DNA of 64,000 bases from Capsulimonadaceae bacterium (GCA_965215505.1 OZ244065.1:4384001-4448000); one strand, 5' to 3'; counted from the stretch's first letter, positions 45,266-55,645 are shown. Numbers and translations are program-made. The notes: generated from the letters alone by a model not told the origin.

Positions 45266-45453
45266 GCGTTTCTTGTCATACACATTATAGACAGCTAAGT
45301 ATGACAAGAAATAGCTAAAAACAATTATTGACGCTCCCCTGGTTTAACTCCTTCTGCCGGTGTGGTAACAGGAGCATGGCAGCGTGAGCCGCCTACGGCG
45401 TACACCACGCATCTTTATCAGCCGGGCGGAAACTGCCAGAAGGAGAAACAACG

Positions 45454-45969
45454 ATGACCAACCAGATCAAGGCCGCCGCACTGCTTGCGGCGAGTCTCCT
45501 GCTGGGGACCGGCGGAGTCTCGCTCGCCCAGACCGGCGCAGGCGGCGCGGGCGGCACTGGAACGACGGGCAGCTCTTCAGGTGCCGGCGCTGGCTCCGGC
45601 GGCAGCATGGGCACTGGGTCGAACACTGGGGCCGGCGGCGCTTCCCGGAGCGGCGCGTCCGGGAGCAGCACGAGCGGGCGACGCCGGAGCAGTTCGCACC
45701 GCCGCACCAGTTCCCGAAAGTCGTCCCGCACCGGATCTCACTCGTCCTCCACTTCGGGGGTGGGTTCTTCGGGGATGGGTTCGGGAACTGGTAGCCGGTC
45801 CGGCATGGGCGGCTCCATGTCCGGCAGCGGCGCGGCGGGTTCCAGCAGCCGGCGACGTGGCGGCACGGGCGGCGCAGGGGCAGGCAACACCACCGGCGGC
45901 GCGGGCACGACCGGCGCAGGCGGCACGGGGGCTGGCGCGGGCGGCGGGGCTGGCACCACGACTCCTTAA
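45454..45969 (+). CDS. Secreted Gly/Ser-rich low-complexity protein
   Basis: AAGGAG RBS; signal peptide ending VSLA-Q; G/S/T/R-rich disordered body. Confidence 0.7.
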   Translation: MTNQIKAAALLAASLLLGTGGVSLAQTGAGGAGGTGTTGSSSGAGAGSGGSMGTGSNTGAGGASRSGASGSSTSGRRRSSSHRRTSSRKSSRTGSHSSSTSGVGSSGMGSGTGSRSGMGGSMSGSGAAGSSSRRRGGTGGAGAGNTTGGAGTTGAGGTGAGAGGGAGTTTP

Positions 45970-46031
45970 CATTGCCACTGACTGACGGGCGCGGGGGGCG
46001 AAACCTCCCGCGCCTTCCAAGGACTTCACCT

Positions 46032-46607
46032 ATGACCAGAGCGTCTTTCCACCCCCGCCTGACCAAAGCCGAATGCGAGATCTGGTTCGAGGCAGGGGCC
46101 GACTGGCAGGAACACACTGAGCGGCGGATGGAGGCCCATCTGGCGGACGCCTTTCCGGATGTCACCGGCGTCTCCGAGCCATTCCTGTGGTTCGAGCCGA
46201 ACTACCTGGCGGTCCTGAGCGGCCCGACGGGGGAGGGCGAGGCGCATACGGACGTCAAGGCGCACGCCGGCTGCATCACGCGCGCCCTGGCCGCCTACCA
46301 GGACGCGGCCCAGCCGCACCGGGTCCAGACGCTCTTCCTGAACTACCAGTTTGAATTCGACGCGACCTTCCTGCCGTGTGGCCCTAGGAAGACGGTCTGG
46401 AACACGCCGCACGAGATGATGACGCTGGAGCGCGAGACGCCCCCCGGCAGCCCCCGGACCCGGCTCGCGCTCCGGTGCCTGATCACCCGACCCCCGGTGA
46501 GCTGTCTGACCCGCTCCCCCGCCTGGCTCCAGCACATCCACCGCCGGATGGAAGGGGCGTTCCAGAAGGTGCAACAGAGCGACTCCCCCGGCGTGAGCCG
46601 GGTCTGA
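46032..46607 (+). CDS. Hypothetical protein
   Basis: AAGGA RBS, GC3-biased codons, no recognised motif. Confidence 0.55.
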   Translation: MTRASFHPRLTKAECEIWFEAGADWQEHTERRMEAHLADAFPDVTGVSEPFLWFEPNYLAVLSGPTGEGEAHTDVKAHAGCITRALAAYQDAAQPHRVQTLFLNYQFEFDATFLPCGPRKTVWNTPHEMMTLERETPPGSPRTRLALRCLITRPPVSCLTRSPAWLQHIHRRMEGAFQKVQQSDSPGVSRV

Positions 46608-46669
46608 CGCGCCGCAAAACGGCCGTCGCGGATGCCGACCACATTACCGGATCAAGAAAGGCTGTTTCC

Positions 46670-47599
46670 ATGTTTTTTCACACCAAACGACTGCAATACG
46701 ACGTCAAAGTCGAGCAGCCGAACGCGCTGTTCGCCAAAAAGGTCCAGGAAGTCCTGGGCGGCCAGTACGGCGAGATGACCGTCATGGTCCAGTATCTGTT
46801 CCAGGGCTGGAGCTGCCGCGGCCCGGCCAAGTACAAGGACATGCTGCTCGACATCGGCACCGAGGAGATCGGGCACGTCGAGATGCTCTGCACCATGATC
46901 GCCCGGCTGCTCGAAGGTGCCCCGCTTAGTGAGCAGGAGGCCGCCGTCGCGGCGAACCCGATGCTGGCCGCCATCATGGGCGGCATGAACCCGCAGCACG
47001 CCCTCGTATCCGGGGGCGGCCCGCGCCCCACCGACAGCGTCGGCAACCCGTGGAATGGCGGCTACGTCACCGCCAGCGGCAACATGATGGCCGACTTCCA
47101 TGCCAACCTGAACGCCGAGGTCAGCGGGCGCTTGCAGGTCTGCCGCCTGTACGAGATGACCGACGACCCCGGCATCCGGGACACCTTCGCCTACATGATC
47201 GCCCGCGACACCATGCACCAGAACCAGTGGATCGCCGCGATCCAGGAGCTGGAGGCGGACGGCATAGACCAGTACCCCGTGCCCGGCCTGTTCGTCAAGG
47301 ACGGCGTCCACGCGGACGCCCAGAACCAGTTCTGGAACCTGTCGGAAGGCACGGACAGCCAGGCTGGCCGCTGGGCGAGCGGCCCCCGGCCCGACGGCAA
47401 GGGCCGGTTCGTCTACCTCGCCGACCCGCAGCCGCTGGGTGCCGAGCCGGTCCCCGTCCTGCCCGCCCCCGACGTGCGCCTGTACGACCTGCCCCCGACG
47501 CAGAGCGACGGCTTCCGGGCCGACGGCACCGGCATGGGCGGCGCGGGCGGAGTCCTCAAGGAAGCCGTCCAGGCGATCACCGGCAAGACCTCGGGCTGA
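46670..47599 (+). CDS. Manganese catalase family protein
   Basis: QEVLGGQYGEMT, DIGTEEIGHVEM, ANLNAE and ARDTMHQNQW motifs. Confidence 0.93.
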   Translation: MFFHTKRLQYDVKVEQPNALFAKKVQEVLGGQYGEMTVMVQYLFQGWSCRGPAKYKDMLLDIGTEEIGHVEMLCTMIARLLEGAPLSEQEAAVAANPMLAAIMGGMNPQHALVSGGGPRPTDSVGNPWNGGYVTASGNMMADFHANLNAEVSGRLQVCRLYEMTDDPGIRDTFAYMIARDTMHQNQWIAAIQELEADGIDQYPVPGLFVKDGVHADAQNQFWNLSEGTDSQAGRWASGPRPDGKGRFVYLADPQPLGAEPVPVLPAPDVRLYDLPPTQSDGFRADGTGMGGAGGVLKEAVQAITGKTSG

Positions 47600-47668
47600 G
47601 AGCCGGCGGCCCGACCGGAAACCGCCCGGCAAGGGGCCGACGCATACACGACGTAAGGAGGAACAACC

Positions 47669-48553
47669 ATGACACTATTGCAGCAGCAGGACCCGAAGAC
47701 CCAGGAGCAGGGGCCGCCCTCGGACGCCGAGCCGATCGCGCCGCCCGGCCACGAGAGCGAGATGAGCATCAAGCCGAACTACGGCGAGGACGCCTACGTC
47801 GGCAGCGAAAAGCTGCGGGACCGCGTCGCCCTCATCACCGGCGGGGACTCCGGCATCGGCCGCGCCGTCGCGCTGGCCTTCGCCCGCGAGGGCGCGGACA
47901 TACTGATCTCATTCCTCGACGAGGGCGAGGACGCCCAGGAGACCGCCCGGCTGGTCACCGAGTCGGGCCGCAAGGCCGTCCTCGTGCCCGGCGACATCTC
48001 CGAGGAGGCGCACTGCCAGCTTCTCGTGAAGCGGGCCATGGACGAGTTCGGCCACCTGGACATCCTCGTCAACAACGCCGCCTTCCAGCGGACCCACGAG
48101 AGCATCCAGGAGGTGCCGTCGGAGGAATGGGACCACACCTTCAAGACGAACATCTACGCCATGTTCTACCTGTGCAAAGCCGCGTTGGCGGTGATGCCCG
48201 CCGGCGGGTCCATCATCAACACCAGCTCCATCGAGGCGATCCAGCCCGACTCCATGCTGCTGGCCTATGCCGCCACCAAAGCCGCCATCGTCAACTTCAC
48301 CAAGGGGCTCGCCCAGGAGGCCATCAAGACCGGCGTCCGCGTCAACAGCGTCGCCCCCGGCCCCGTCTGGACCCCCCTGATCCCCTCCACCATGCCGCCC
48401 GACCAGGTGAAGACCTTCGGCAAGGACACCCTGCTGGAGCGCCCCGCCCAGCCCTCCGAGCTTGCCCCCGTCTATGTCCTGCTCGCCTCCCAGGAGGCCA
48501 GCTACATCACCGGCATGATCTACGGCGTCACCGGCGGCGACCCCATCGTCTGA
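47669..48553 (+). CDS. SDR family oxidoreductase (YghA/YdaD-like general stress protein)
   Basis: TGGDSGIGRA, LVNNAA, YAATK and VAPGPVWTPL motifs. Confidence 0.93.
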   Translation: MTLLQQQDPKTQEQGPPSDAEPIAPPGHESEMSIKPNYGEDAYVGSEKLRDRVALITGGDSGIGRAVALAFAREGADILISFLDEGEDAQETARLVTESGRKAVLVPGDISEEAHCQLLVKRAMDEFGHLDILVNNAAFQRTHESIQEVPSEEWDHTFKTNIYAMFYLCKAALAVMPAGGSIINTSSIEAIQPDSMLLAYAATKAAIVNFTKGLAQEAIKTGVRVNSVAPGPVWTPLIPSTMPPDQVKTFGKDTLLERPAQPSELAPVYVLLASQEASYITGMIYGVTGGDPIV

Positions 48554-48774
48554 CCCGCCTGCTTTGATCTGCTCTGCCACTCCCCCCGCCGGGGCGACCG
48601 GGACAACCCGCGCCGCCCCGGCTTTTCTTTCTCCCCACTCCCGTTCCAAAGTCCCTTTGCAAGAATCAGTGAACCTTTGGTATAATAGAGCGTCCCTACC
48701 ATATCACTGCCGCTTTCTCCCGGCCCGCGTCCCGTCACCGCCCGCGTTCTACCCGCCCCTTTGGAGGCTTACCG

Positions 48775-50130
48775 ATGACACTGACCACCACTGACACCCG
48801 CCGCCTCGCCCACCTGCTGCGGCGCGCGGGCTTCGGCGCACGCCCCTCGGAATGGACCGAGTACAGCAAGCTGGGCGTTGCCGGGACCACGAGCCGCCTG
48901 CTCCACCCCGAGGCCGTCCCGGACCCGTTCGAGGCCGTCCTCGCGGGCATCCAGGGCGACTATGTGGACTTCGACGACATCGGCAGCACCCGCAAGTGGT
49001 GGATGTACCGCATGTCCCACACGCCCCGGCCCCTGGAAGAAAAGCTGACCCTGTTCTGGCACAACCACTTCGCGACCGCAAACTACAAGGTGGACAACCC
49101 GCGCTGGATGTGGACGCAGAACCAGCTCTTCCGCACCCACGCGCTCGGCAACTTCCGCACCATGCTCCAGGCCGTCTCGCGCGACCCCGCCATGCTGGTC
49201 TGGCTCGACGGGGCCGAGAACCGCAAGGGCCGGCCCAACGAGAACTACGGCCGCGAACTGCTGGAACTCTTTACCATGGGCGTCGGCAACGGCTACACCG
49301 AAGCCGATGTCAAAGAAGCCGCCCGCGCCTTCACCGGCTGGCACTTCGACCGGGACAAAGGCGTCTTCGTCTTCGACGCCGACCGCCATGACGACGGCGT
49401 CAAGACGTTTCTAGGCCAGACCGGGGCCTTCAACGGCGACGACATCATTGACATCCTCGTCAAGCACCCGTCTACGGCCAACTTCGTCTGCGGCAAGCTG
49501 TTCCGCTACTTCGTCCACGAGACGCCGATGCCTGCCGACATCGCGCCGCTCTCCAAGGTCTACTTCAACAGCGGCTATGACATCCGGGCCGTCGTCGCCT
49601 CCATCCTGAACTCGCCCGCGTTCTACTCCGACGCCGCCTACCACGCCAAGATCAAGAACCCCACCGAGTACGTCGTCACCGCCCTGCGGACATTGGACGC
49701 CCCGTTCTCCGCCGCCAACAACAGCCTGCTCTCGTCAACCCGCACGATGGGCCAGGAGCTGTTCAGCCCGCCCAACGTCAAGGGCTGGCCGGGCGGCAAG
49801 ACGTGGATGAACACCATGACCCTGATCACCCGCGTCAACTTCGCCAGCGGCCTGACCTACGAAATGAACCGCCACGGGCTGCTCGGCCCGCGCCTGCGCC
49901 ACGCCATCGCCGCCTACGGCACCGCGCCTAGCGGCCTGGCGACTCCGGAACACCTGGTGGACGCCGTCTGGGGCCTGATGCTGCCCGGCCACCCGCCCAG
50001 CGCGCCGACCCGCGACGCCCTCGTCGCCTTCGCCCGCGACGGCGGCCACCCGGCTCAGGTCAACTTCGACGCCAAAGCCCCCGGCCTGGTGTCCCTGATC
50101 CTGTCCGCGCCCGAATATCAATTGGCCTAG
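48775..50130 (+). CDS. DUF1800 family protein
   Basis: HLLRRAGFG, EKLTLFWHNHFAT, PNENYGRELLELFTMG, FSPPNVKGW and PEYQL motifs. Confidence 0.92.
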   Translation: MTLTTTDTRRLAHLLRRAGFGARPSEWTEYSKLGVAGTTSRLLHPEAVPDPFEAVLAGIQGDYVDFDDIGSTRKWWMYRMSHTPRPLEEKLTLFWHNHFATANYKVDNPRWMWTQNQLFRTHALGNFRTMLQAVSRDPAMLVWLDGAENRKGRPNENYGRELLELFTMGVGNGYTEADVKEAARAFTGWHFDRDKGVFVFDADRHDDGVKTFLGQTGAFNGDDIIDILVKHPSTANFVCGKLFRYFVHETPMPADIAPLSKVYFNSGYDIRAVVASILNSPAFYSDAAYHAKIKNPTEYVVTALRTLDAPFSAANNSLLSSTRTMGQELFSPPNVKGWPGGKTWMNTMTLITRVNFASGLTYEMNRHGLLGPRLRHAIAAYGTAPSGLATPEHLVDAVWGLMLPGHPPSAPTRDALVAFARDGGHPAQVNFDAKAPGLVSLILSAPEYQLA

Positions 50131-50173
50131 GAAGCCCAAGCCCTGAGACCGGGGCCATGCGGAGCAACAAACC

Positions 50174-51445
50174 ATGTCCATTTACGACCCGACCACGCGC
50201 CGCCAGTTCTTGCAGAACGGCCTGACCTTCGTCGGGCTTGGCCTCGCCATGCCCACCTTCCTGATGCGCGCCGCCCAGGCCCAGGCCGCCGATCCCTTGG
50301 CCGCGCCCCTGCCGGCCATTCCCGCCGGGAAGATTTTGGTGGTCATCGAGATGTCCGGCGGCAACGATGGCCTCAACACCGCCATCCCCTACACCGACCT
50401 GGGCTACCTCAAAGCGCGCCCCACCATCGGAGTCTCCACCAGCGATGTCGTCAAGATCGCTCCCAAGGTCGGCCTGCACCCGAACATGCGGGCCTTGAAG
50501 CCGCTCTATGACCGGGGCCAGCTCGCCGTCATCACCGGCGTCGGCTATCCCAATCCGAACCGCAGCCACTTCCAGTCAATGGACGTCTGGCAGACCGGCA
50601 ACCCCGCCGTGGACGTCCGCGAGCGGACCGGCTGGCTCGCCCGCTACTTCGACAAGGACGGCCACTTCAACGGCAACCCCCTGTCCGGCATCACCCTCGG
50701 CTCGGCCCTGCCGCTCGCCATGTTCTCCGACAGCGTTCCCGCCTCGGTCATCGGCGGCGGGGGGCAGGACTTCGGGTTCACCAGCCAGGCCCCCGACAAG
50801 AAGCAGCAGAGCGAAACCCTGCGCGCCCTCTACGCTCAGGGCACCGTCGCCGGCACAAACGCCGAGTTCGTCCGCAACGTCGGCAGCGAGGCCTACAGCA
50901 GCAGCCTGGAAATGAAGCGCGCCTTCAAAGACTACGACGTCAAGGCCACCCACGCCGCCCCTTACCCGCAGAGCGGGCTGGCCAACGGACTCCAGACCAT
51001 CTCCAAGCTCATCACCGGCGGGGTCGGCACCCGCGTCTACTACCTCGGCATGGGCGGCTTCGACACCCACGCCAACCAGCCCCGCTCCCACGCAAACCTC
51101 CTGGGCGAGCTGGCCGACGGCCTGACCGCCTTCTACGCCGACCTGACCGCCCAGGGCCGCGCCAATGACGTCATCACCATGACCTTTTCCGAGTTCGGTC
51201 GGCGCGTCAAGGAGAACGGCTCCTCGGGCACCGACCACGGCGCGGCCAGCGTCATGTTCCTCGCGGGCGGGTCCATCAAGGGCGGCGTCTACGGCGAATA
51301 CCCCAGCCTGACCGATCTGGACGACGGCGACCTGCGGATGCACACCGACTTCCGCTCCGTCTACGCCACCCTGCTCGACAAGTGGCTCCAGACCCCCTCC
51401 TCGCCCGTCCTGGACGGGAACTTCGCCCACCTCGATTTCGTGTAG
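50174..51445 (+). CDS. DUF1501 family protein (Tat signal)
   Basis: TRRQFL, GGNDGLN, NRSHF, GGFDTHANQ, SEFGRR, GTDHG and DFRSVYAT motifs. Confidence 0.92.
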   Translation: MSIYDPTTRRQFLQNGLTFVGLGLAMPTFLMRAAQAQAADPLAAPLPAIPAGKILVVIEMSGGNDGLNTAIPYTDLGYLKARPTIGVSTSDVVKIAPKVGLHPNMRALKPLYDRGQLAVITGVGYPNPNRSHFQSMDVWQTGNPAVDVRERTGWLARYFDKDGHFNGNPLSGITLGSALPLAMFSDSVPASVIGGGGQDFGFTSQAPDKKQQSETLRALYAQGTVAGTNAEFVRNVGSEAYSSSLEMKRAFKDYDVKATHAAPYPQSGLANGLQTISKLITGGVGTRVYYLGMGGFDTHANQPRSHANLLGELADGLTAFYADLTAQGRANDVITMTFSEFGRRVKENGSSGTDHGAASVMFLAGGSIKGGVYGEYPSLTDLDDGDLRMHTDFRSVYATLLDKWLQTPSSPVLDGNFAHLDFV

Positions 51446-51468
51446 CCGCGGCGCAGAGGGCATGCAAA

Positions 51469-51499
51469 GAAGGCCGGGGCAAATGCCCCGGCCTTCCTT
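51469..51499. terminator. Hairpin terminator between convergent genes
   Basis: GAAGGCCGGGGCA-AA-TGCCCCGGCCTTC. Confidence 0.6.
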
Positions 51500-51551
51500 C
51501 CTGTCTTCCACCGTGCTGCTACCTCCGGTGCGCCTGCACTGGCCTTCCGCG

Positions 51552-52340
51552 TCATCGTGCAGTCCGAAGCTGGGCTGTAGCAGCCGACCGAACAGGACCT
51601 TTCCCTATCTTTGCGGTTATGGCAAATGCGTTCTGCGCTTCTGTGAGATGCCCCAGCCCATGCAAGGCGTAGCCTCTGTAATAGTGGGCGATTGCTAGAT
51701 TGGGATCAATCGCCACAGCTTGGTCAAATTGGGGCAATGCTTCCCTGTAGTTTCGCCCGTAGCGCCGTCCCAGTACAACATGCAGCATGGCGCGCATTGC
51801 TCGCGGCTGAGGAACAGCAGAATTGAAATGTGTGTCTAGTCCTGGCTCATCAGCGGCCGGAGGTTCCTGGTTATATGGCATATCAGGACTCTTGAGGATG
51901 TCTTTGTATGCCTGTACCGCCTCAGACCAGTGCCCCGCATCATTTAGCAACGTTGCGTAGTGAATGATGTTGGAGGCGCTACCGAAGGTGCCTGGTGGGA
52001 CGCCATCAGGAGGGTAGATCATGTCATGATAGGCATGGATCGCCTCATTTGTACGTCCCTCGGTTTCATAGAGGCGCGCGAGTTCCTCTAGGGCAAACGC
52101 CCCCGCAGAAGTGTGTTCTTTTACGCACTCCTGAAGATCCGCTTCGGCGGTTTCCAGGTCTCCTGCTCGGCGTGCTTGCTGCCCTTCCTTCAGCAAGCGA
52201 TTAGCGCGACCGACGCTCGCCTGTACCTCAGGCGACAGCGCATGGCGGGCCTGACTCTTCGCTTGCAGATGTGGTGAGGAAAGCCAAACCATCATGCAAG
52301 CGATCACGGCGGCGCATCCGAGAACTATGTGCCGTTTCAT
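51552..52340 (-). CDS. Secreted tetratricopeptide-repeat protein
   Basis: Signal peptide; LARLYETEGRTNEAI and ALPQFDQAVAIDPNLAIAHYYRGYAL TPR motifs; visibly lower GC than the flanks. Confidence 0.8.
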   Translation of the reverse strand: MKRHIVLGCAAVIACMMVWLSSPHLQAKSQARHALSPEVQASVGRANRLLKEGQQARRAGDLETAEADLQECVKEHTSAGAFALEELARLYETEGRTNEAIHAYHDMIYPPDGVPPGTFGSASNIIHYATLLNDAGHWSEAVQAYKDILKSPDMPYNQEPPAADEPGLDTHFNSAVPQPRAMRAMLHVVLGRRYGRNYREALPQFDQAVAIDPNLAIAHYYRGYALHGLGHLTEAQNAFAITAKIGKGPVRSAATAQLRTAR

Positions 52341-52358
52341 TGCCTGATCCTTTCTCAT

Positions 52359-54163
52359 CTAGCTGCCAGACGTATCCGGGTAGTAGTCTTCCCATGTCGG
52401 GAAGTTGTATGTCGCCGCATTGTCGAGGACAGTGACAGTTCCAGGCGGGTTAGGATTGTAATAGCTGGGCTGGCCGAACGTACTCACATAGTTCAAGTTG
52501 CACTGCCATGTCCAGTCCATCTTGTTGAGCGGTGCCCATTGAATGTCATTTCCTGGCGGCTGGTACATCATGTACGTCTGAAAACTATCGTTGATGGTCA
52601 TGTTGTCATGGGCGAAAAGACCCTCTGTTGGAGCATCGCCTGATCCTTGTTGATCCGGTGTTGTGTCAGTACTGTCAGCAGGCCAGGGTGCTCCTTCTTT
52701 ACTGGCGTAGTTGAATTCTGCATCCAAGACAGGGCCGCCGGTGTTTGTGAGTAGGTAGTATGGAGGCGGTGCGTACCGATACAGGTTGCAGAGTTGCGTA
52801 ACCTGCCAGATGCCCGCACTGCCCCAGTAGGAGCGGAACAAGTCGGGTGTTCCGACAGCCCCGTTCCAGTCGATGTTCCCTATGACTTCGACACCAGGGA
52901 CACCAGGAGTGCCGACGATGTTGACCCCTTTTGGAGTGGCATTGAACTTGAAGTAGGGCCTCCAAACTAAAACATCTCGCTTGCCGGTTACAGTGCCAAT
53001 AGACACATTGTTGATGCTGGCTTGTGCGGTACAAGAAACTGTCTGTAGAAGGCCCGAATCGTCCCCTCTACTCCAGTACCAGTGTGGAGACGGCTTCTGA
53101 TACTCAGACGGATCAACTGGATGGACGTGGCCATAGTGGGAAGCGGATGTTTCTACCACCTCAAAGCTAGCGTATGTCTGACCGGGTATGGTCCACTGGA
53201 AGTCAGACAGCGTGGCTGCTCCGGCAGTGAGGGTGCCGGAGCATCCCTGGCCGATGAGGATGTTGTCTTTCTTGTTGCTGTCTTTGGTTGTGCCTGATAG
53301 GGTGAGGATGACCGGATTGGGGGTGACGCTGTAAAAGAGGTTGACGAAATTGTCAGTTTCTTCCCAGTCGTATGCTAATGTCGTGCTGCCCGAAGTCGTG
53401 ACAGGAGGCAGAGTAATCGTAGTCGTGCCAGCAGCGGGGGCGGGGTAGATCGTATACTGTGTGGCGTAGTCGGAGGCGTCTTGCAGATACTCGATGTGAG
53501 TCGGATTGGGCAGGCCGCAACTGCAAGTGCCTGTACCCGCACCGTCGATGAACCACGATGCCCCCGCATCCTCCTCCACGATGACAGCAGGAGCCGGATC
53601 GTCCCCGTGCCAAGTCAGAGTAGCGGTGACAGTATTGGTTATAGTGTCCTGGCTCTGAAAGTCCTTTCCCTGGACTACGGGGTCAACGCTGTAGGAGACG
53701 GTGTAGCCCGAAGAGCCGGAGCCATCCTCCTGTGCGTGAGCGGGACAGACGAAGGAAAGCGTCAGGCCATTAATCAGGAGACTGAAGAGCCAGAGGATGG
53801 CCCAGGAGCGCGAGTGGCCCAGGAGCGCGAGTGGCCCAGGAGCGCGAGTGGCCCAGGAGCGCGAGTGGCCCAGGAGCGCGAGTGGCCCAGGAGCGCGAGT
53901 GGCCCAGGAGCGCGAGTGGCCCAGGAGCGCGAGTGGCCCAGGAGCGCGAGTGGCCCAGGAGCGCGAGTGGCCCAGGAGCGCGAGTGGCCCAGGAGCGCGA
54001 GTGGCCCAGGAGCGCGAGTGGCCCAGGAGCGCGAGTGGCCCAGGAGCGCGAGTGGCCCAGGAGCGCGAGTGGCCCAGGAGCGCGAGTGGCCCAGGAGCGC
54101 GAGTGGCCCAGGAGCGCGAGTGGCCCAGGAGCGCGAGTGGCCCAGGAGCGCGAGCGAGCGCAT
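52359..54163 (-). CDS. Secreted beta-rich hypothetical protein, frame interrupted by a 17-bp tandem array in its signal-peptide region
   Basis: ATG 54163 with GGAGG RBS; the body frame (WAILWLFSLLINGLTLSFVCPAHA-QEDG...) joins this ATG only when repeat number mod 3 = 2. Confidence 0.7.
53798..54154. repeat. Perfect tandem repeat, 21 x TGGCCCAGGAGCGCGAG (17 bp)
   Basis: 357 bp = 21 identical units, no spacers. Confidence 0.97.
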
Positions 54164-54375
54164 GACGATCCTCCAATCAAGAACGGCGACGGCAGAGCAG
54201 AGAAGCGACGAAGTGTGAGAACGACGAAGCGTAACAGCAAGGCGAAGCGATGACCGAAGGACGCTCACGTTCAGCGTCACGGGTTAATTATATCACCAAA
54301 AGATTGTGGTGTCAAGTGGTTGTTGCAAACTATTTTCGGCGGGAACTTCCTACCTCATTTCGCGTAGAATCAGGC

Positions 54376-54630
54376 ATGAAGTACCCTCTAATCCTGTCCG
54401 CACTTCTCGTCCTGGGGGCGAGTCTGAGCGCGTCCGCCGCGCCGAAGCACCCAGCGCACAAGAAGCAAACGCCGAAGCCCGCGCCCGTCGCCATTAACCG
54501 CCCTGCTCCGGCAACTCAGGGGACGCCGGGCGGCTTCCGGGACGTGCCGCCGGACCATTGGGCGGCGAAGGCGGTCGAGACGTTGCGCCGTGAGGGCATC
54601 GTGAAGGGCTACCCCGACGGTGCGAAGTAG
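54376..54630 (+). CDS. Small secreted S-layer homology (SLH) domain protein
   Basis: Signal peptide; FRDVPPDHWAAKAVETLRREGIVKGYPDG. Confidence 0.85.
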   Translation: MKYPLILSALLVLGASLSASAAPKHPAHKKQTPKPAPVAINRPAPATQGTPGGFRDVPPDHWAAKAVETLRREGIVKGYPDGAK

Positions 54631-55645
54631 GTTTAGTACGGCGCTGGCCCTGCTCCTGCTGGCTTCCGGCCCGGCCCTCGCGCACGATGTCAAAGACCCC
54701 GTGTGCCGCATGATGACGGACACGGACACGACGCCGTACCGGGAGGCCGTCAACGGCAAGACCTACTACTTCTGCTCGGACGGCTGCAAAGCCAAGTTCG
54801 ACAAGTCGCCTGCCGCTTACGTCACGCTGAACGCGGGTCTGGCGGCCGGGCGTGTCCGCACCTACCGCCTCGACTTAGACGCCCCGCCGCACCCCGCCCC
54901 CGGCCGTCCCGTCCCCCTCTCGTTCGTCATCCGCGAGGCACCTACGGGCCGGGTCGTGCAGGACTTCGAGGTCGTCCACACCAAGCCACTGCACTTCCTC
55001 ATGGTCAGCGCCGACCTCGCCTACTTCGAGCATCAGCACCCAACCCTTGGCCCCGACGGGCGGTTCCGGCTGGTCTGGACCTTCCCCCGCGCCGGCCGGT
55101 ACTTCCTGTTCGCCGACTTCACGCCCGCCGACGGCGACAACCAAATATTGCGGGCGGCTTTGGACGTCGGCCCGGCCCCTCCGGCCCCCCTGCCGCCGCG
55201 CCTCGTCCCCGACACGGAGCAGGTCAAGACCGTTGGCGATACCCGCATCACACTCGCCGTCCGGCCCGGCGCGCTGCGGGCGGGGAAGCAATCCCTGTTG
55301 ACCTACACGCTGACAGATTTGTCAGGCAAGGGCAGGGCCGACATGCAGCCGATCTTGGGCGTCATGGGCCACTTGATCGCTCTGCGAGGCGACACGCAGA
55401 CCCTCGTCCACACGCACGCCCTGCACGGCGTCCAGCCCGGCTCCTACGGCGCGGCGATGCTGGCGATGATGCAGGCGGGGCAGCCGGAAGTCGTGCCTAT
55501 CACGCCGGACATGGTGACGGAAAACGGCCCGCGCTTCACCTTCAAGCTGACCCCGCCCAGGCCGGGCCGCTACAGGCTGTGGGCGCAGTTCCAGCGACAG
55601 AACAAGTGGCTGACGGTGCCGTTCACGGTGGATGTCAAGGAGTAG
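54620..55645 (+). CDS. YHS-domain secreted heavy-metal (Cu)-binding protein
   Basis: KDPVCRM...GKTYYFCSDGCKAKF; HTKPLH, FEHQHP, MGHL..HTHA and YRLWAQFQ motifs. Confidence 0.85.
   Translation: MRSRFSTALALLLLASGPALAHDVKDPVCRMMTDTDTTPYREAVNGKTYYFCSDGCKAKFDKSPAAYVTLNAGLAAGRVRTYRLDLDAPPHPAPGRPVPLSFVIREAPTGRVVQDFEVVHTKPLHFLMVSADLAYFEHQHPTLGPDGRFRLVWTFPRAGRYFLFADFTPADGDNQILRAALDVGPAPPAPLPPRLVPDTEQVKTVGDTRITLAVRPGALRAGKQSLLTYTLTDLSGKGRADMQPILGVMGHLIALRGDTQTLVHTHALHGVQPGSYGAAMLAMMQAGQPEVVPITPDMVTENGPRFTFKLTPPRPGRYRLWAQFQRQNKWLTVPFTVDVKE

Noticed and set aside
45282-45311. dif (XerCD) site
   Set aside because: TATAATGTGTA resembles the core, but no TTATGTTAAAT-like XerD arm is present
53798-54154. 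CRISPR array
   Set aside because: Units are contiguous and identical, with no spacers and no cas genes; it is a tandem repeat
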